Positions 62,051 to 64,000 of a stretch of DNA of 64,000 bases are shown in pieces. Every line of letters starts with the position of its first letter. Position 1 is the stretch's first letter. The notes beneath the pieces were generated by a model. That model was not told where the DNA came from. It worked only from the letters and a program-made list of their open reading frames with translations, and ran no database searches. The DNA is from Corallochytrium limacisporum Hawaii (taxonomy: Eukaryota > Protista > Pluriformea), in assembly GCA_002811645.1 (NCBI GenBank), contig PDIP01000026.1:124001-188000 (forward strand), written 5' to 3'. Both the position numbers and the translations under genes were made by a program.

Positions 62051-63304
62051 TCAATCATCACGTTCGTGAGACGGAAGCATGTCAACCGCTTCAGGATCTT
62101 GAGGTTCGGTAGCAAGGGCGGTCAGTGGCAGGGCATTGTTTCCGATGACGAACGCATGAATCTCGAAGCCCTCACAGATTTCTTTTGTCACCATGACAGC
62201 GTAATGAGCTAAAGCTGCAAGAACGACTCCAAAGATAACCCATAGTGTTAATCCGACGGGGAAAACAGACTCTTTGCCGCGTAGCAGCGGACCTAGCCAC
62301 AAGTTCAAGACCTCAACCAGTAGCGGGACAATAGCTTGATGATAAATTGGAAAGGGGTCGTGCGTCATATGCGTAAGAATCATATGGCATGTCACAATCG
62401 CAAATGTGAAACCACCAGTGAGATATACAACCCAGATATTCAAGCCCCACGCATCTCTGCGTGCAAACAAAAGAGCCGCCATCAGGGAGAGGATCACAAA
62501 GATTGGAAGTAAGCGCTCGCCAGCGAGCTCTTTCCGGTTACCCACTAAATCTTCTTTCCGAGCACCCTCTACCCGCCGGTAATCCCGATAGCTCTGGATC
62601 AATGATCCAATGCCCAAGCACACAACCAGGAGCTGCGCAAGGGTGAGGCCGAATGCAGGTTTTACGACCCAGATTTGCGGGCCAAGAAAGGCGGTGATTA
62701 TGTACATGCAAATGGTGAGCCATACACCTTCATCAGCTCCGTTGATCACATCAAAGAACATCACACCAGTGTGATATTCACTCCAGGTTGCCGTGTAGAA
62801 CGGCAACATTGTTCCCGCGAGAGCCAGAAGCATCCATTCCGGGCCTAATTGTAAAGCGCAACCGCATACAAAAGTGCTCAGCACTGTATTGACACAGTCA
62901 CAACCGTGGTCCATAAGCTGACCTAAAGGACCACTTGTCCCGGTACGTCGAGCCTGAAGTCCGTCCAGCATATCTAGAGAAACATACGTAAATAGATTGA
63001 GACCAAACATGAAGTAGATCCAACTCGGCATGGCCTCCGTCATGTTTGGACAATAGAGACGGGCAAAGATGAAGCTTGTTCCCGTAAATGCAAGACCACC
63101 GACAGTAAGAACGTTCGGTGCAATGTTTTTCGGGACGTACTCGATCATCCATTGACTCATTGGTCGTCCTACATGCTTGTATATTATGGAGAGGCTCACA
63201 CTGTTGTACTTGTGTTGCCGAAGCTGTTCCATACCCTCTGCAGAAATATACTGGGTTTTAAAAATATGCGGGTCCCCGCCGCCAAATCGCAATCTTCCGG
63301 CCAT
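62051..63304 (-). CDS. CEPT1: Choline/ethanolamine phosphotransferase (CDP-alcohol phosphatidyltransferase)
   Basis: APNVLTVGG and the CDP-alcohol motif DMLDGLQARRTGTSGPLGQLMDHGCD. Multi-pass membrane protein. First ATG is at 63304. Confidence 0.92.
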   Translation of the reverse strand: MAGRLRFGGGDPHIFKTQYISAEGMEQLRQHKYNSVSLSIIYKHVGRPMSQWMIEYVPKNIAPNVLTVGGLAFTGTSFIFARLYCPNMTEAMPSWIYFMFGLNLFTYVSLDMLDGLQARRTGTSGPLGQLMDHGCDCVNTVLSTFVCGCALQLGPEWMLLALAGTMLPFYTATWSEYHTGVMFFDVINGADEGVWLTICMYIITAFLGPQIWVVKPAFGLTLAQLLVVCLGIGSLIQSYRDYRRVEGARKEDLVGNRKELAGERLLPIFVILSLMAALLFARRDAWGLNIWVVYLTGGFTFAIVTCHMILTHMTHDPFPIYHQAIVPLLVEVLNLWLGPLLRGKESVFPVGLTLWVIFGVVLAALAHYAVMVTKEICEGFEIHAFVIGNNALPLTALATEPQDPEAVDMLPSHERDD

Positions 63305-64000
63305 ACTTGCCAGTGACTTGTGTCTCAGATTTATCACCTACACCATAACTCAACAAAACAGACAATGACGCCACCGTAAAGATTCCCAAGTCTATCGCGC
63401 ATTCGTCAGTTTCTAGCCAATTATGGAACGCTTCTGCCAAACAGAACATTGGAAATGAACATTTACCAAATAGCTATACGAATGAACCTGAGCATATCAC
63501 CATGTAGTTTACCAATATACCAAATCTCCCAACAACAAACAAACACGTGAGTATGATGGCGTCATACTGCGGGGTCACGGGGCGCCGCCGCATTTCTCTC
63601 ACAGACCCATGCCCCCCTTTCCTCGGCACAGAGACAGGCGGACCCAGCCTACGCACACGTCCCCCAGAGAGATCATCACCAAATCGCTTCAATATCCCAA
63701 TATCCCGTCCTCAACAGGGACACCATACCTCGGTACTTTCACTACCAATCGTACTGGTTGTGTCCTAAGGGACCCAATCACCGCGGCTCACCGACACACA
63801 CACACCAACCCTGTGAGGGCGGCACCCAGCAGCGAAAGCAATCGATTTTAATTCGATTTAATTTTGATTGTTAGGTTTTTCAGTTTTATTCATTTCCAAA
63901 GTGTTGCGGAAAGAGAGGTCAGCAGTTACCGAGCCCGAGACCGGTGCCCCCAGGAAGGGTTCGTTTGGCGCTTTGCACAGTATTCCTGCCCGTAATGGGA

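Overview
Gene-dense eukaryotic nuclear DNA in the standard code, with about 27 protein-coding genes. Each reads as one uninterrupted ORF, including 6.7-kb and 6.5-kb genes. The gene mix (NHE8, TMEM18, rotatin, CCDC138, KIF17-like kinesin, Oca6, Vps62, AcpS) and the lack of introns suggest an intron-poor unicellular opisthokont, possibly a holozoan such as Corallochytrium; this is inference only. The main signals are: (i) a contiguous ~21-kb block WAPL - rotatin - NEK - CCDC138 - giant centlein-like coiled coil, with the four centriole/cilium-type genes in two head-to-head pairs whose promoters carry E2F and CHR-like motifs; (ii) a stand-alone DTD-type proton-pump microbial rhodopsin; (iii) a decayed KIF17/OSM-3-like kinesin-2 with a frameshift and an internal deletion; (iv) a 52-aa ATP synthase accessory-subunit-like gene missed by the ORF track; (v) CTCF-like SVY(D/E)F motifs in WAPL; (vi) several bacterial-like metabolic genes. 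The right third (about 44-62 kb) is looser, with long intergenic regions, poly-G/C islands and one assembly gap. I recognised no tRNA, rRNA, CRISPR array or transposon. All family calls come from recalled motifs; no database search was run.
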